Assembly (NCBI GenBank): GCA_049421205.1 | Contig: JBMSMQ010000002.1 | Span: 68,430 to 132,429, forward strand | Source: Candidatus Nanopelagicales bacterium | Lineage (GTDB): Bacteria; Actinomycetota; Actinomycetes; S36-B12; UBA5976 | Direction: 5' to 3' | DNA: 64,000 bases | Part shown: piece by piece, positions 37,629 through 47,733 of the stretch | Position numbering within the stretch: position 1 is the first letter of the stretch | Layout: each line of letters opens with the position of its first letter | Notes under the pieces: generated by a model | The model's database searches: none | What the model was told of the DNA's origin: nothing | The model's input: the letters and a program-made list of their open reading frames with translations, nothing else | Made by a program: the position numbers and the translations under genes

Positions 37629-38989
37629 AGAATCTCCGCAATCAGATCAACGCCATGGGCACCAATGACTCGTGCTTTCAGAATTATTCCAGCATCTATC
37701 TCTCTATCAACTAGTGTAATTCCATCAACTTCTGGTGCTTGATATTGATTTCTTCCTTCATTCGACGTTGTATCAAATAGAACTTCAATAATCTCCCCTA
37801 CTCGCGATTCAGATCGCTGTTGTGAGATTTCTTCGACCATCTGCGATACTGCAATAAAACGCTCGGCGATTTCACGTTCGGAGATTTGTTCACTCATGAG
37901 TGCAGCTTCGGTATCGTCTTCATTCGAGTAGGGGAAGACGCCGACTGTATCCATTTCGGCACTTTGAATAAATTCAAGTAACTCCTCAACGTCTGCCTCA
38001 GTCTCACCTGGAAAGCCAACGATGACATTAGAGCGAATTGCAGCGGTTGGATCTAATTTTCGAATGTTTGAGATGAGTGACAGAAAACTTTCAGAATTAC
38101 CAAATCTGCGCATTCTTCGAAGCACATCCCCTGATGCGTGTTGAAAAGACAAATCAAAATAGTTAGTTACCTTGTCCGTTGAAATCATGGTTTCGAAAAG
38201 TCCTGGGCGAACTTCAGCAGGTTGCAAATATGAGATGCGGATGCGTTCAATGCCATCTATTTCCGATAAGGCTGGAAGTAACATTTCAAGAAGTCGCACC
38301 TCACCTAGGTCTTTTCCATACGAAGTTGAATTTTCGCTTACGAGCAACAGCTCTTTTACGCCTTGTTCAGAAAGCCACACTGCTTCAGCAATAATGTCGA
38401 CAGGTTTTCTGGAAACATACGCACCACGAAAACGAGGTATCGCACAAAATGTGCAACGACGGTCACAGCCGCTGGCGATCTTTAGTGGGGCATATGGTTT
38501 TGCATCAAGCCGCACTCTGAGGACATCAGTACTGTGCCCTGGAACGAATAAACTACTTGAATCGCGCAACGATGGCGACTTCGCCATCAGCGTGCGTCTA
38601 TCAAAAGGTGTATGACTTTCTACCTGACCACCTTCGATGATTGTGTCGAGAATTTGACCGATTTGCGGATACTTATCAAATCCAACGACTGCATCTGCTT
38701 CTGTTAACTCGCCCTGGAGTTCTTTTCCGTATCGCTCCGCCATACACCCAACTGCAACTACAGCCTTTACGTTGTGTTGAGTTCGTATATCGTTTGCAGC
38801 CAAGATAGTGTCAATAGAGTCTTTCTTTGCTGAATCGATAAACCCACAGGTATTCACAATGATTGCTTCAGCATCTTCGGCAGAGTTTGTCAGCTGCCAA
38901 TCATTTACAGCCAAGATACTCGCAAGCTCTGCACTGTCTGTTTCATTACGCGAACATCCCAAAGTCACAAGATGCACTTTTTTCGCCAT
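37625..38989 (-). CDS. rimO: Ribosomal protein S12 methylthiotransferase
   Basis: 454 aa. TLGCSRNETDS, radical SAM motif CDRRCTFCAIP, and a TRAM C-terminus. Confidence 0.92.
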   Translation of the reverse strand: MAKKVHLVTLGCSRNETDSAELASILAVNDWQLTNSAEDAEAIIVNTCGFIDSAKKDSIDTILAANDIRTQHNVKAVVAVGCMAERYGKELQGELTEADAVVGFDKYPQIGQILDTIIEGGQVESHTPFDRRTLMAKSPSLRDSSSLFVPGHSTDVLRVRLDAKPYAPLKIASGCDRRCTFCAIPRFRGAYVSRKPVDIIAEAVWLSEQGVKELLLVSENSTSYGKDLGEVRLLEMLLPALSEIDGIERIRISYLQPAEVRPGLFETMISTDKVTNYFDLSFQHASGDVLRRMRRFGNSESFLSLISNIRKLDPTAAIRSNVIVGFPGETEADVEELLEFIQSAEMDTVGVFPYSNEDDTEAALMSEQISEREIAERFIAVSQMVEEISQQRSESRVGEIIEVLFDTTSNEGRNQYQAPEVDGITLVDREIDAGIILKARVIGAHGVDLIAEIL

Positions 38990-39013
38990 ACGCCAAGCCT
39001 AGGTTGTGAAGGT

Positions 39014-39694
39014 TTAAATGCCCGAAGGGCTCGTGAATATCTGAGACACTACTTCTCCGATACCCCCGAGATAACCAATGTTCTCATCATTCACAGTGAT
39101 ATTCACTCCAGCAGCATTACCGACAGTCACAGTCAATGACAGTGTGTCTGAAAAATCGAGCCTCTCTCCTGCTTCTGCAATACGTTCAAAAATTATTTGA
39201 TTCGTGCTGTTCTTTACAGACACCCATGAACGACTTTCAGCCACAAGGGTGACACGTACGCCACTTCCGATGTTTGGTGTCGGATTTTCAGTTGGGGTTG
39301 AGGTAATACTTATGGTAGGCAGTGGTTCTAAAACTTGTGGACTTCTCGTGAAGAGTCCGTAGATGATGACCGCAAATAAAGTGACAAGACCTATCCCCAT
39401 AATGATCGGTGTGTAGTTTCTCTTTTCAAGTGGCACTCCTTCCCGATCAAGCACATTCATAATTTGAGGGGGAACAGTAGGTTCATGAAGAGGAGATGTT
39501 TCTACTAGTTCAATATCAAGTGCTTTTGCGATTGCCTGGAGATTTGCTTTCACAAAAACTATTGCATCGATAGAAAAATTGTCATTTTCAAAACTCGTTA
39601 TGTTTTTAACACTGACTCGAGAGAGTTTGGAAAGTTGTTCGATACTCAGGTTTTTTGCCAGACGAGCGCTTCGTATCTGTTCGCCTAAACTCAT
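39014..39694 (-). CDS. RodZ-like HTH (XRE) membrane protein with C-terminal DUF4115-like domain
   Basis: 226 aa. The HTH is IRSARLAKNLSIEQLSKLSRVSVKNITSFE, followed by one TM segment and a beta-rich C-terminus. It lies downstream of ftsK, as in other actinobacteria. Confidence 0.7.
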   Translation of the reverse strand: MSLGEQIRSARLAKNLSIEQLSKLSRVSVKNITSFENDNFSIDAIVFVKANLQAIAKALDIELVETSPLHEPTVPPQIMNVLDREGVPLEKRNYTPIIMGIGLVTLFAVIIYGLFTRSPQVLEPLPTISITSTPTENPTPNIGSGVRVTLVAESRSWVSVKNSTNQIIFERIAEAGERLDFSDTLSLTVTVGNAAGVNITVNDENIGYLGGIGEVVSQIFTSPSGI

Positions 39695-39703
39695 TGGATA
39701 AGC

Positions 39704-42100
39704 CTAAGAAACTTCTGATCGAATCGCCGCCAACGTATTTGCAAGCTCTTCTGGTTGAATCAGGACATCTCGGGCTTTCGCACCTTCACTTGGCCCCACG
39801 ATGCCACGAGATTCCATCAAATCCATCAATCGTCCCGCTTTTGCGAAGCCAACTCTCAGTTTTCGTTGCAACATTGAGGTAGACCCAAATTGTGTGGAAA
39901 TCACTAACTCTACAGCGGCAAGGAGAATGTCCAAGTCGCTACCAATATCGCTATCGCTTGCATTGAGGGATAGCTTCACTTGGTTGATGTCTTCACGATA
40001 TTCAGGCTCTGCCTGAGCCTTGCAGTGTGAAACAACTTTACGGATTTCGGCTTCACTAATAAAAGCGCCCTGTACTCGAATTGGCTTACTTGCCCCAATT
40101 GGAAGGAATAGTGCATCACCTTGCCCAATGAGTTTCTCTGCTCCGGCTTGATCAATGATGACGCGTGAATCAGTAAGACTTGATGTGGCAAATGCTAGAC
40201 GACTCGGCACGTTTGCTTTAATCAATCCTGTCACAACATCAACCGATGGACGCTGGGTTGCAAGTACGAGATGAATTCCAGCAGCACGAGCCAACTGTGT
40301 GATACGGACGATGCTTTCCTCCACATCCCGTGGCGCAACCATCATAAGGTCTGCTAATTCGTCGACAACAACTAGGAGATAGGGATATGGTTTAAGCACT
40401 CGTTTGCTGTCGGGCGGAAGCTTGATTTTGTTATCTTTTACTGCTTTGTTGAAGTCATCGATATGTCGAAATGAGAACGCCGCCAAATCATCGTAGCGAT
40501 TGTCCATTTCTTTCACAACCCACTGTAAGGCCTCTGCTGCCTTCTTTGGATTTGTAATAATCGGTGTTATCAGATGCGGAACACCTTCATATGGTGCAAG
40601 TTCAACTCGTTTTGGATCAATGAGCACAAGTCTCACGTCATCTGGTGTGGCTCTCATCAGGATTGATGAGATTAACGAATTGATACACGATGATTTACCT
40701 GCACCTGTTGCACCTGCGACCAGAAGATGCGGCATTCGTGCCAAATTAGCAACGACAAACCCGCCTTCGACATCTTTTCCTAGCGCCACAGTCAAGGGAT
40801 GGTGTTCCGCTCGCGCTACATTGCTGCGCAAAACATCACCAAGTACTACCACTTCGCGATCGCTGTTAGGAATTTCAATACCGACAGCAGATTTTCCCGG
40901 TATCGGAGAAAGAATCCTCACATCAGAATGGGCAACTGCATATGAAATATTTTTTGCCAACTGAGTGATACGTTCAACTTTCACTCCAGTGCCAAGTTCT
41001 ACCTCATATCGAGTTACGGTTGGTCCCCTCAAGTACCCAGTAACTTCTGCATCTACATCAAACTCTTCGAATACCCCCATCAATGCCTGTTTGATTGCAT
41101 CATTCGCTTTCGAATTCGCTTTTGGAGCAACACCTTGGGTCAGTATCGAGAAATCTGGTAATGAATAAGGTAAATCAAGAGGTAGCTCAACATCGCCGAC
41201 CAATGTCGGAGTTTCACGGACAAGTTCAATTATGGCCTCATCATCTGTTTCATAAATTGGCTTTTGAATTGTTTGCAATTCAGCCGTGTCATCATTTTCG
41301 AAATTCTCAATCATTTCTTCTGGGTCTTCCGTAAGTTCGCTTTCGATAATTGCAATTGTTTCAAATGGTTCATCTGCTGCATATGAATCGAGTTCAACAT
41401 TTTCAGGTTTTGCTTCGCGAGCAGGTATACGATTCTTTATAAGTGCAATTAATAGCCCAATTCGATTGGGCACTTGTTTCAATGGCGTTTTCGTAACGAT
41501 TAAGAGAGAGAAGAACATAATAAGCACGAGAATTGCAAGGGCAAATCCAACGCTCACCGCAGCGATGAGTGGAGCCGTAATGATATAGCCAGTGAAACCA
41601 GCTGCAGCGTTCATTGCAAGTGCGCCATCTTCAAAACCTGGCGCACCTTGGGCAATGTGCCAAAGCCCAAGGAATGAAATCAACAAACCAAAAAATCCAA
41701 TGGAGATTCTTGATGTTTCATCGATTTTGTCAGGATTTCTCAATGATCGAATGGATAGCCAGAGAAAGAAGAGTGGCCAAATCAGATGCCCCGCACCAAA
41801 GAGACTCTGGCTCATCGTGAATAGAAAACCTGTTAACCAACCTTCAACTTGAAACCAAGAACCGGCAGCTGTGATGAGAGCGAGACCAAAGAAAAGAAAT
41901 CCAAAACCATCAATTCGAAGTTCAGGATCTACATCCTTAGCACCGTTGCCGATTGAACGTACCGCTGAACCAAGTATGTGCCCCAGACCACGCCATACCC
42001 ACAACATCCCCTTGATGATTCCACCTATGAATCGACCAATTGGGCTTTTCGCTTTAGCAGCCTTGGGGCGTGCGCGAGTGGGGGAAGTTTTGCTCGCCAT
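39704..42100 (-). CDS. ftsK: DNA translocase FtsK
   Basis: I chose the ATG at 42100 (MASKTSPTRARPK...); the GTG at 42121 is also possible. There are N-terminal TM segments, Walker A LLVAGATGAGKSS, and the gamma domain STSMLQRKLRVGFAKAGRLMDLME. Confidence 0.95.
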   Translation of the reverse strand: MASKTSPTRARPKAAKAKSPIGRFIGGIIKGMLWVWRGLGHILGSAVRSIGNGAKDVDPELRIDGFGFLFFGLALITAAGSWFQVEGWLTGFLFTMSQSLFGAGHLIWPLFFLWLSIRSLRNPDKIDETSRISIGFFGLLISFLGLWHIAQGAPGFEDGALAMNAAAGFTGYIITAPLIAAVSVGFALAILVLIMFFSLLIVTKTPLKQVPNRIGLLIALIKNRIPAREAKPENVELDSYAADEPFETIAIIESELTEDPEEMIENFENDDTAELQTIQKPIYETDDEAIIELVRETPTLVGDVELPLDLPYSLPDFSILTQGVAPKANSKANDAIKQALMGVFEEFDVDAEVTGYLRGPTVTRYEVELGTGVKVERITQLAKNISYAVAHSDVRILSPIPGKSAVGIEIPNSDREVVVLGDVLRSNVARAEHHPLTVALGKDVEGGFVVANLARMPHLLVAGATGAGKSSCINSLISSILMRATPDDVRLVLIDPKRVELAPYEGVPHLITPIITNPKKAAEALQWVVKEMDNRYDDLAAFSFRHIDDFNKAVKDNKIKLPPDSKRVLKPYPYLLVVVDELADLMMVAPRDVEESIVRITQLARAAGIHLVLATQRPSVDVVTGLIKANVPSRLAFATSSLTDSRVIIDQAGAEKLIGQGDALFLPIGASKPIRVQGAFISEAEIRKVVSHCKAQAEPEYREDINQVKLSLNASDSDIGSDLDILLAAVELVISTQFGSTSMLQRKLRVGFAKAGRLMDLMESRGIVGPSEGAKARDVLIQPEELANTLAAIRSEVS

Positions 42101-42159
42101 GAGTAGGCATTTTATCGTCACATAAGGTTAAAACAGCCACTTTCGTCTCACGTGTCTCA

Positions 42160-43839
42160 TCAAGATTCAATGACGACCGGGACAATCATTGGCTTTCGTC
42201 GATGCGTTTCATTGACCCATTTCCCGAGCGTTCTGCGCATCAGTTGTTGCAATTGATGCGTATCGGTCACAGAGTCTCGAAGTGCTTGCTCAAGCGCATC
42301 TTGGATAAGCGGAATCACCGGTTTAAAAACTCCATCATCTTCGGCAAATCCACGAGCGTGTATTTCAGGACCTGCCACCACTTTGCAATGGGTGAGGTCG
42401 AGTGCCACGATGCAGGAGATAAAACCTTCATCCCCAAGTATTTTTCTATCTTTCAATGAAACTTCAGAAATATCGCCAACCGAAGCTCCATCAACATAAA
42501 CGTATCCACAATCAACGGCTCCGACTATTCGAAGCCGAGAAGATTCAAGGTCAGCGACCATTCCATCTTCGAGCACTACAACATTTTCAACACCAGTTTT
42601 TCTGGCAAGCTCTGCATTTGCAAGAAGATGGCGGGGTTCGCCATGTACTGGCAAAACGTTTTTTGGCTTTACGATGTTATAGAGCATAAGCAATTCACCA
42701 CTTGCAGCATGACCAGACACATGCACAAAAGCATTACCTTTATGAATGACTTTTGCACCTAAACGAGAAAGCCCATTGATGACTCGACCTACTGAATTTT
42801 CGTTTCCAGGAATGAGAGATGATGCAAGTATTACTGTGTCAAACTCAGTGATGTGAATTTTGTGATCTTTACTTGCCATACGTGAAAGTGCACTCATCGG
42901 TTCCCCTTGCGAACCGGTACTAATAAGAACTACTTGATGGTCTGGGAAATTCTCAATATCGCTATTTGATACAAGCGTTCCATCTGGAAATGTCAGGTGA
43001 CCAAGTTCTTTTGCAATTGTCATATTGCGAACCATTGAGCGACCTATGAAAGCAATTTTCCGTTTATTCTTGACAGCCACATCAATGATTTGCTGAATTC
43101 GATGCACATGCGATGCAAATGAAGCAACAATGACTCTCCCTTTTGCAGAGGCAAAAACGCTTTCAAGGGTTGGGATGATGTCCGCTTCACTCGGCACAAA
43201 TCCTGGAATCTCTGCATTTGTTGAGTCTGCCATTAAGACATCAACACCTTGTTCCCCCAGTTTTGCAAGAGTCACTACATCTGTAATTCTGTTATCGAGT
43301 GGAAGCTGATCCATTTTGAAATCGCCTGTATGGATGACAACCCCAGCAGAAGTTTTAATCGCAAGTGCTACTGCGTCTGGTATGGAATGATTGACAGCTA
43401 TGAAGGAAACAGTGAACTGGCTTGTTTGCACTTGCTCGTTATCTTTTATGGTTCTTAAAACTCCACTCACTCTGTGTTCTTGAAGTTTTGCTTGCAAGAA
43501 CGCAAGGGTTAGTTCTGCTCCATAAATTGGAATATCGTTTTTGTTTTTCAATAAAAAAGGTACTGCGCCAATGTGATCTTCATGTCCATGGGTGAGAAAA
43601 ATTCCTTCAATATCACTCCAGCGATCTTCGAGGTAGGTAAAGTCTGGCAAAATTAAATCGATTCCAGGTTGAGACTCAGCCGGGAAAAGTACACCACAAT
43701 CGACCACGATTATTTTGGTATTAATCTCAAAGATAGCCATATTGCGGCCAACATCGCCAAGACCACCTAGCGGAATAATGCGCAATACATCTGGCGTTAA
43801 CGGTGGTGGGGCTCCAAGGTCGCTATGTGAATGGATCAC
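42160..43839 (-). CDS. rnj: Ribonuclease J
   Basis: 559 aa. The metallo-beta-lactamase motif is LTHGHEDHIGA, with beta-CASP architecture. Confidence 0.93.
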   Translation of the reverse strand: MIHSHSDLGAPPPLTPDVLRIIPLGGLGDVGRNMAIFEINTKIIVVDCGVLFPAESQPGIDLILPDFTYLEDRWSDIEGIFLTHGHEDHIGAVPFLLKNKNDIPIYGAELTLAFLQAKLQEHRVSGVLRTIKDNEQVQTSQFTVSFIAVNHSIPDAVALAIKTSAGVVIHTGDFKMDQLPLDNRITDVVTLAKLGEQGVDVLMADSTNAEIPGFVPSEADIIPTLESVFASAKGRVIVASFASHVHRIQQIIDVAVKNKRKIAFIGRSMVRNMTIAKELGHLTFPDGTLVSNSDIENFPDHQVVLISTGSQGEPMSALSRMASKDHKIHITEFDTVILASSLIPGNENSVGRVINGLSRLGAKVIHKGNAFVHVSGHAASGELLMLYNIVKPKNVLPVHGEPRHLLANAELARKTGVENVVVLEDGMVADLESSRLRIVGAVDCGYVYVDGASVGDISEVSLKDRKILGDEGFISCIVALDLTHCKVVAGPEIHARGFAEDDGVFKPVIPLIQDALEQALRDSVTDTHQLQQLMRRTLGKWVNETHRRKPMIVPVVIES

Positions 43840-44732
43840 AAACTCAATCCACCTTGTCGCAAATATTCACGTAATTCAGCACGGTGTGAATCATTCGCAA
43901 TGACATACGGAAGTCGAACTGCGCCGCCACCTTTACGTCCCAGTAAATCTAACGCTGCTTTCACCATAATTGCACCACCAAGTTTTGTCATAACACCAGT
44001 GGTGATTGGGACGAGCGAATTGTTGATTTCAGTTGCCATTTGAACATCTCCTGATTCAAATGCACTGAGCATTGCCTTCAATCGATCAGCAATGAGGTGT
44101 CCTGTGACAGAGACAAATCCAACTGCACCAATCGAAAGTAGTGGTAAATTTAAAGCATCTTCACCTGAGTAATAGACCATATCTGATTGACTCATCACAA
44201 GGCTTGATTGGTATAAATCCCCTTTTGCATCTTTATTCGCAACGATTCTTGGATGCTCTGATAAGCGAACTAGGGTTTCTGAACCAATGGCAACACCTGA
44301 GCGACCCGGTATGTCGTAGAGCATCACATCAAGCCCAGTGGAATTCGCGACCGCAACAAAGTGTTGATAAAGACCCTCTTGTGGTGGTTTGTTGTAATAG
44401 GGGCACACGACCAATAATCCATCAACGCCAGCGGCCTCAGCGAGGCGGGCATTTTCAATTGTTTTATAGGTATCGTTCGTGCCAACTCCAGCAATGATTC
44501 TCACATTGTCGCCTACTGCACGACGCACAGTCTTCAATAACTCGATTTTCTCTTCATTTGATGTTGTCGCCGACTCACCGGTTGTGCCATTAATCACAAG
44601 ACCATCATTGCCAAGTGCCACAAGATCATGCGCAAGTTCTGCTGCTGCATCTAAATCAACAGACAAATCATCACGAAATGGTGTCACCATCGCCGTGAGC
44701 ACCGAGCCGAATGGTTTATTGTGTGTAGACAT
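43836..44732 (-). CDS. dapA: 4-hydroxy-tetrahydrodipicolinate synthase
   Basis: Trimmed to ATG 44732 (RBS AGGAGAAAA). MVTPF..., INGTTGESATTS, YNKP. Confidence 0.93.
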   Translation of the reverse strand: MSTHNKPFGSVLTAMVTPFRDDLSVDLDAAAELAHDLVALGNDGLVINGTTGESATTSNEEKIELLKTVRRAVGDNVRIIAGVGTNDTYKTIENARLAEAAGVDGLLVVCPYYNKPPQEGLYQHFVAVANSTGLDVMLYDIPGRSGVAIGSETLVRLSEHPRIVANKDAKGDLYQSSLVMSQSDMVYYSGEDALNLPLLSIGAVGFVSVTGHLIADRLKAMLSAFESGDVQMATEINNSLVPITTGVMTKLGGAIMVKAALDLLGRKGGGAVRLPYVIANDSHRAELREYLRQGGLSL

Positions 44733-44739
44733 TTTTCTC

Positions 44740-45462
44740 CTAAGGGGCAACTCGACCGTTTGCAACAAACGCTTTATGAGTCAGTGGCATCAACTTCTTC
44801 CACTCTTCCTCGTAACGTTCAGCGACCATCTCAATTTCACGCTGGGGAAACGATGGGAAATGAGAGTCTTCCTTCTTCATCCGAAGTGATAAGAAATTCA
44901 TCATTGCTCGAGCGTTCATTGTGACATACGCACTTGAGTAAATAGTCACAGGTAAAACTATTCTCGCAACTTCTCGAGCAATCCCTGCATCAAGCATTTT
45001 CACATAGGCGTTATACGCATTCTGACATACTTCCCTTGTCAATCCATCAATAAGTTCAAACTGTTCTTTCGTTCCATCCACGAATTCATACGCGCCAGGT
45101 TTTCCCACTTGGACAAGTTTTCGTTCGATACCTGGTACATAAAACTCGGGCTCTAAGACTTTATATCGTCCGCTTTCTTCGTTGTAGGAAGCAATTCGGT
45201 GCCGAAAATGTTCTCGCCACATAAATATGGGGGCTTTGACAAAAAACGTCATCGATGAATGTTCAAATGGGCTACCGTGACGATCTCGCATGAGATAGTT
45301 GATAAGTCCTTCAGATCGAGTGGGATCAGTGGCAACATCATCGAGTGATTGCTCACCTTTGGTTGAAACGCGTGCAGCCCAAATGACATCAGCATCTGAT
45401 GCGGCAGCCTTTACTAGTTCAACAGTGACATCGCTTCGGAAACTTATGGTGTTTTCAGTCAC
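44740..45462 (-). CDS. thyX: FAD-dependent thymidylate synthase
   Basis: 240 aa. The ThyX motif is FRHRIASYNEESGRY. Confidence 0.93.
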   Translation of the reverse strand: MTENTISFRSDVTVELVKAAASDADVIWAARVSTKGEQSLDDVATDPTRSEGLINYLMRDRHGSPFEHSSMTFFVKAPIFMWREHFRHRIASYNEESGRYKVLEPEFYVPGIERKLVQVGKPGAYEFVDGTKEQFELIDGLTREVCQNAYNAYVKMLDAGIAREVARIVLPVTIYSSAYVTMNARAMMNFLSLRMKKEDSHFPSFPQREIEMVAERYEEEWKKLMPLTHKAFVANGRVAP

Positions 45463-45634
45463 GGAAAACTCACTCCTTTAACCAGTACGGTGAAAGCCTA
45501 CCTCCCACGTGGATGGAACCTGGCTGAGGCGTGCCTGAATCGTGAGCATTTCGCAACCTTTTGAACACGAATTCTTGAGGATGCCGTACCAAAGTTAGCG
45601 AACTGTGAAATCCACAGGGAATACGGAGAGAGAA

Positions 45635-46318
45635 ATGAAAATGTCAATCTTTGTGATCGGGGAAAACGAGGGGCAACAGCGTACTGTCAGCAAGCTATTT
45701 GAACTTGCTGGATTTCGTACGTTTGGTCCAGACTCGTCACGTTCCCTGATCCAGACACTTCAAGCCACAAAACCAGATGTAGTCGTGATAGCAGTTGAAA
45801 CCTCAGTGACACCTGCGGTTGGAATCTGCGAACGAATTCGGAATTTCACGCAGATTCCAATCATTGTCTCACCACTACATCTTGAAGATACTGACGAATC
45901 AAATGTTTTATTGGCAGGTGCTGATGACTTTGTCGCTCGCACTCGTGACCATTCAATTCTGATCACACGCACGAAAGCACTAATCCACAGAACCTTTATG
46001 CGGACTCAGGCGCAGGCGAACTCACTTCAGCACTCAGGTATTGAAGTCAATATTGAAAATCGGATAGTAAAAATACAAGGCAGAGAACTTAATGTGACAA
46101 AAACCGAGTTTGATTTGCTCATACTCTTTCTAGCAAATACGAATCGAGTGATTCACCGAAAAGAACTCATAGACAAGGTTTGGGGTAATTGGTATGGCGA
46201 CTACCACGTACTAGAAGTCCATGTGTCTCGTCTAAGAAAAAAGATTCTAGAAGCGGGCGGACCGCGCCTTGGACAAGCGGTGCGAGGTATTGGATACAGG
46301 TCAGGGCTTACTCGGTAG
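45635..46318 (+). CDS. OmpR/PhoB-family winged-helix regulator with an atypical (aspartate-less) receiver domain
   Basis: Trimmed to ATG 45635 (RBS GGAGAGAGAA). The C-terminus TKTEFDLLILFL...VLEVHVSRLRKKI...VRGIGYR is a winged helix. In the receiver, IFVIGENEG replaces the DD pocket, DVVVIAVETS has Ala where the phospho-acceptor Asp should be, and VARTR replaces the conserved Lys-Pro. Confidence 0.75.
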   Translation: MKMSIFVIGENEGQQRTVSKLFELAGFRTFGPDSSRSLIQTLQATKPDVVVIAVETSVTPAVGICERIRNFTQIPIIVSPLHLEDTDESNVLLAGADDFVARTRDHSILITRTKALIHRTFMRTQAQANSLQHSGIEVNIENRIVKIQGRELNVTKTEFDLLILFLANTNRVIHRKELIDKVWGNWYGDYHVLEVHVSRLRKKILEAGGPRLGQAVRGIGYRSGLTR

Positions 46319-46328
46319 GTTTCAGCCT

Positions 46329-46982
46329 ATGCCAAGAACTCGAATCGTAACTGATGCCATCGGCATCGGTGTGGGAGTCGCATCGTATGGTGTTTCTTTT
46401 GGTGCGTTGGGTGTCAGTAGCGGACTTGATATTTTTCAGACGATGTCATTGTCCCTCTTGATGTTTACGGGGGCATCCCAATTTGCACTTGTCGGAGTCA
46501 TTAGTGCCGGTGGTTCAAGTGTTGCTGCAATCATTACGGCCTTTTTTGTGGGCATTCGAAACTTTGCTTATGCAGTGTCAATGAATGATTTGTTACAAGT
46601 CAAAGGATTGAAGAAAATTATCGCTGGACATTTAACGATAGATGAGTCAACTGCAATGGGCCTATCTCATAAGGAAACCGATGGGGCCTATGCCTTTTGG
46701 ACAACAGGTATTTCGGTATTTATATTTTGGAATTTAGCAACACTGCTCGGCGCTGTTGCCATCAATGTTGCAGGTGACCCAAGAGCACTCGGTCTCGATG
46801 CAGCTGTGGTTGCAGGATTCATTGCACTCTTGTGGCCTCAACTTAAAAATTGGAAACTTCGATATCTTGCACTTGCCTCTATTGCGGTTGCACTCTTGAC
46901 CTTTAGTTTCACACCTGCCGGTACACCTATTCTTCTCGCTGGAGTATTTGCTGCAGTTATCGCAATAAGGATAAGTGAGTAA
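46329..46982 (+). CDS. azlC: AzlC family branched-chain amino acid exporter, large subunit
   Basis: Trimmed to ATG 46329. GVSFGALGVSSGL...SLLMFTGASQFALVGVI is typical of AzlC. Confidence 0.85.
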   Translation: MPRTRIVTDAIGIGVGVASYGVSFGALGVSSGLDIFQTMSLSLLMFTGASQFALVGVISAGGSSVAAIITAFFVGIRNFAYAVSMNDLLQVKGLKKIIAGHLTIDESTAMGLSHKETDGAYAFWTTGISVFIFWNLATLLGAVAINVAGDPRALGLDAAVVAGFIALLWPQLKNWKLRYLALASIAVALLTFSFTPAGTPILLAGVFAAVIAIRISE

Positions 46983-46984
46983 CT

Positions 46985-47293
46985 ATGTGGGCAACCGTAC
47001 TCATTGCATCGCTTTCAACATTTGCACTCAAAGTGCTTGGCTATTTTCTCCCAGAAACTCTAGTTACCAATCAAACTTCCAAAAAAATCATTGCAGTCCT
47101 ACCCATTGGTTTACTCTCCGGCCTCATTGCCATCCAGTTGTTTACGACCAAAACGAGCTTCGCGTTTGATGGACGAATTGTTGGTGCAATATCAGCGGTG
47201 GCCTTACTGCTCTATCGCGCACCTTTCATCATTGTTATTAGCCTCTCAGCTCTGATAACAGCAGTAGGTCGCTACTTCGACTTTTGGCTCTAG
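46985..47293 (+). CDS. azlD: AzlD family branched-chain amino acid exporter, small subunit
   Basis: 102 aa, 3-4 TM segments, immediately after azlC. Confidence 0.8.
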   Translation: MWATVLIASLSTFALKVLGYFLPETLVTNQTSKKIIAVLPIGLLSGLIAIQLFTTKTSFAFDGRIVGAISAVALLLYRAPFIIVISLSALITAVGRYFDFWL

Positions 47294-47733
47294 TTCGACT
47301 GTTTGAAGAGCCGGAGTGAATGCCGCATCGATGCTCGAGCTCGTCGCCGGTCTCCTGCTTCATCATAAGCAAGCCCTAAGCGAAACCAGCCTCTCCAGTT
47401 TTCAGGTTGCCGCTCAACTTCCTCTTGAATCACCGAGAACCGAGCGTCAGCCTCGGTTCTCTCTGTGCGACCAGATGGAAGTTTTGAGAGTGTATCCGGA
47501 AGGAGCATCTGCTCCTGATTCATCAGCCGCGCAAGTTTCTGCATTTGTATTCCAAAGAGAATCTCTCGCACAATCAGTCCAAACGATATGCCGGCGATAA
47601 GAACAATTCCAATTTGCCAGAGTACTGCTGAAAAATCTTCATAGGAAGAAATCTGAATTGCACGCACGATGGAAAGCGAAACGTACCCGAGACTCAAAAC
47701 AACTATTGTGATGAGGAGAATTTTGGTCTTCAT
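47290..47733 (-). CDS. Membrane protein with 2 TM segments and a short TPR-like C-terminus, unknown function
   Basis: 147 aa, abuts the dapB stop. The C-terminus is WRGWFRLGLAYDEAGDRRRARASMRHSL. Confidence 0.55.
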   Translation of the reverse strand: MKTKILLITIVVLSLGYVSLSIVRAIQISSYEDFSAVLWQIGIVLIAGISFGLIVREILFGIQMQKLARLMNQEQMLLPDTLSKLPSGRTERTEADARFSVIQEEVERQPENWRGWFRLGLAYDEAGDRRRARASMRHSLRLFKQSN

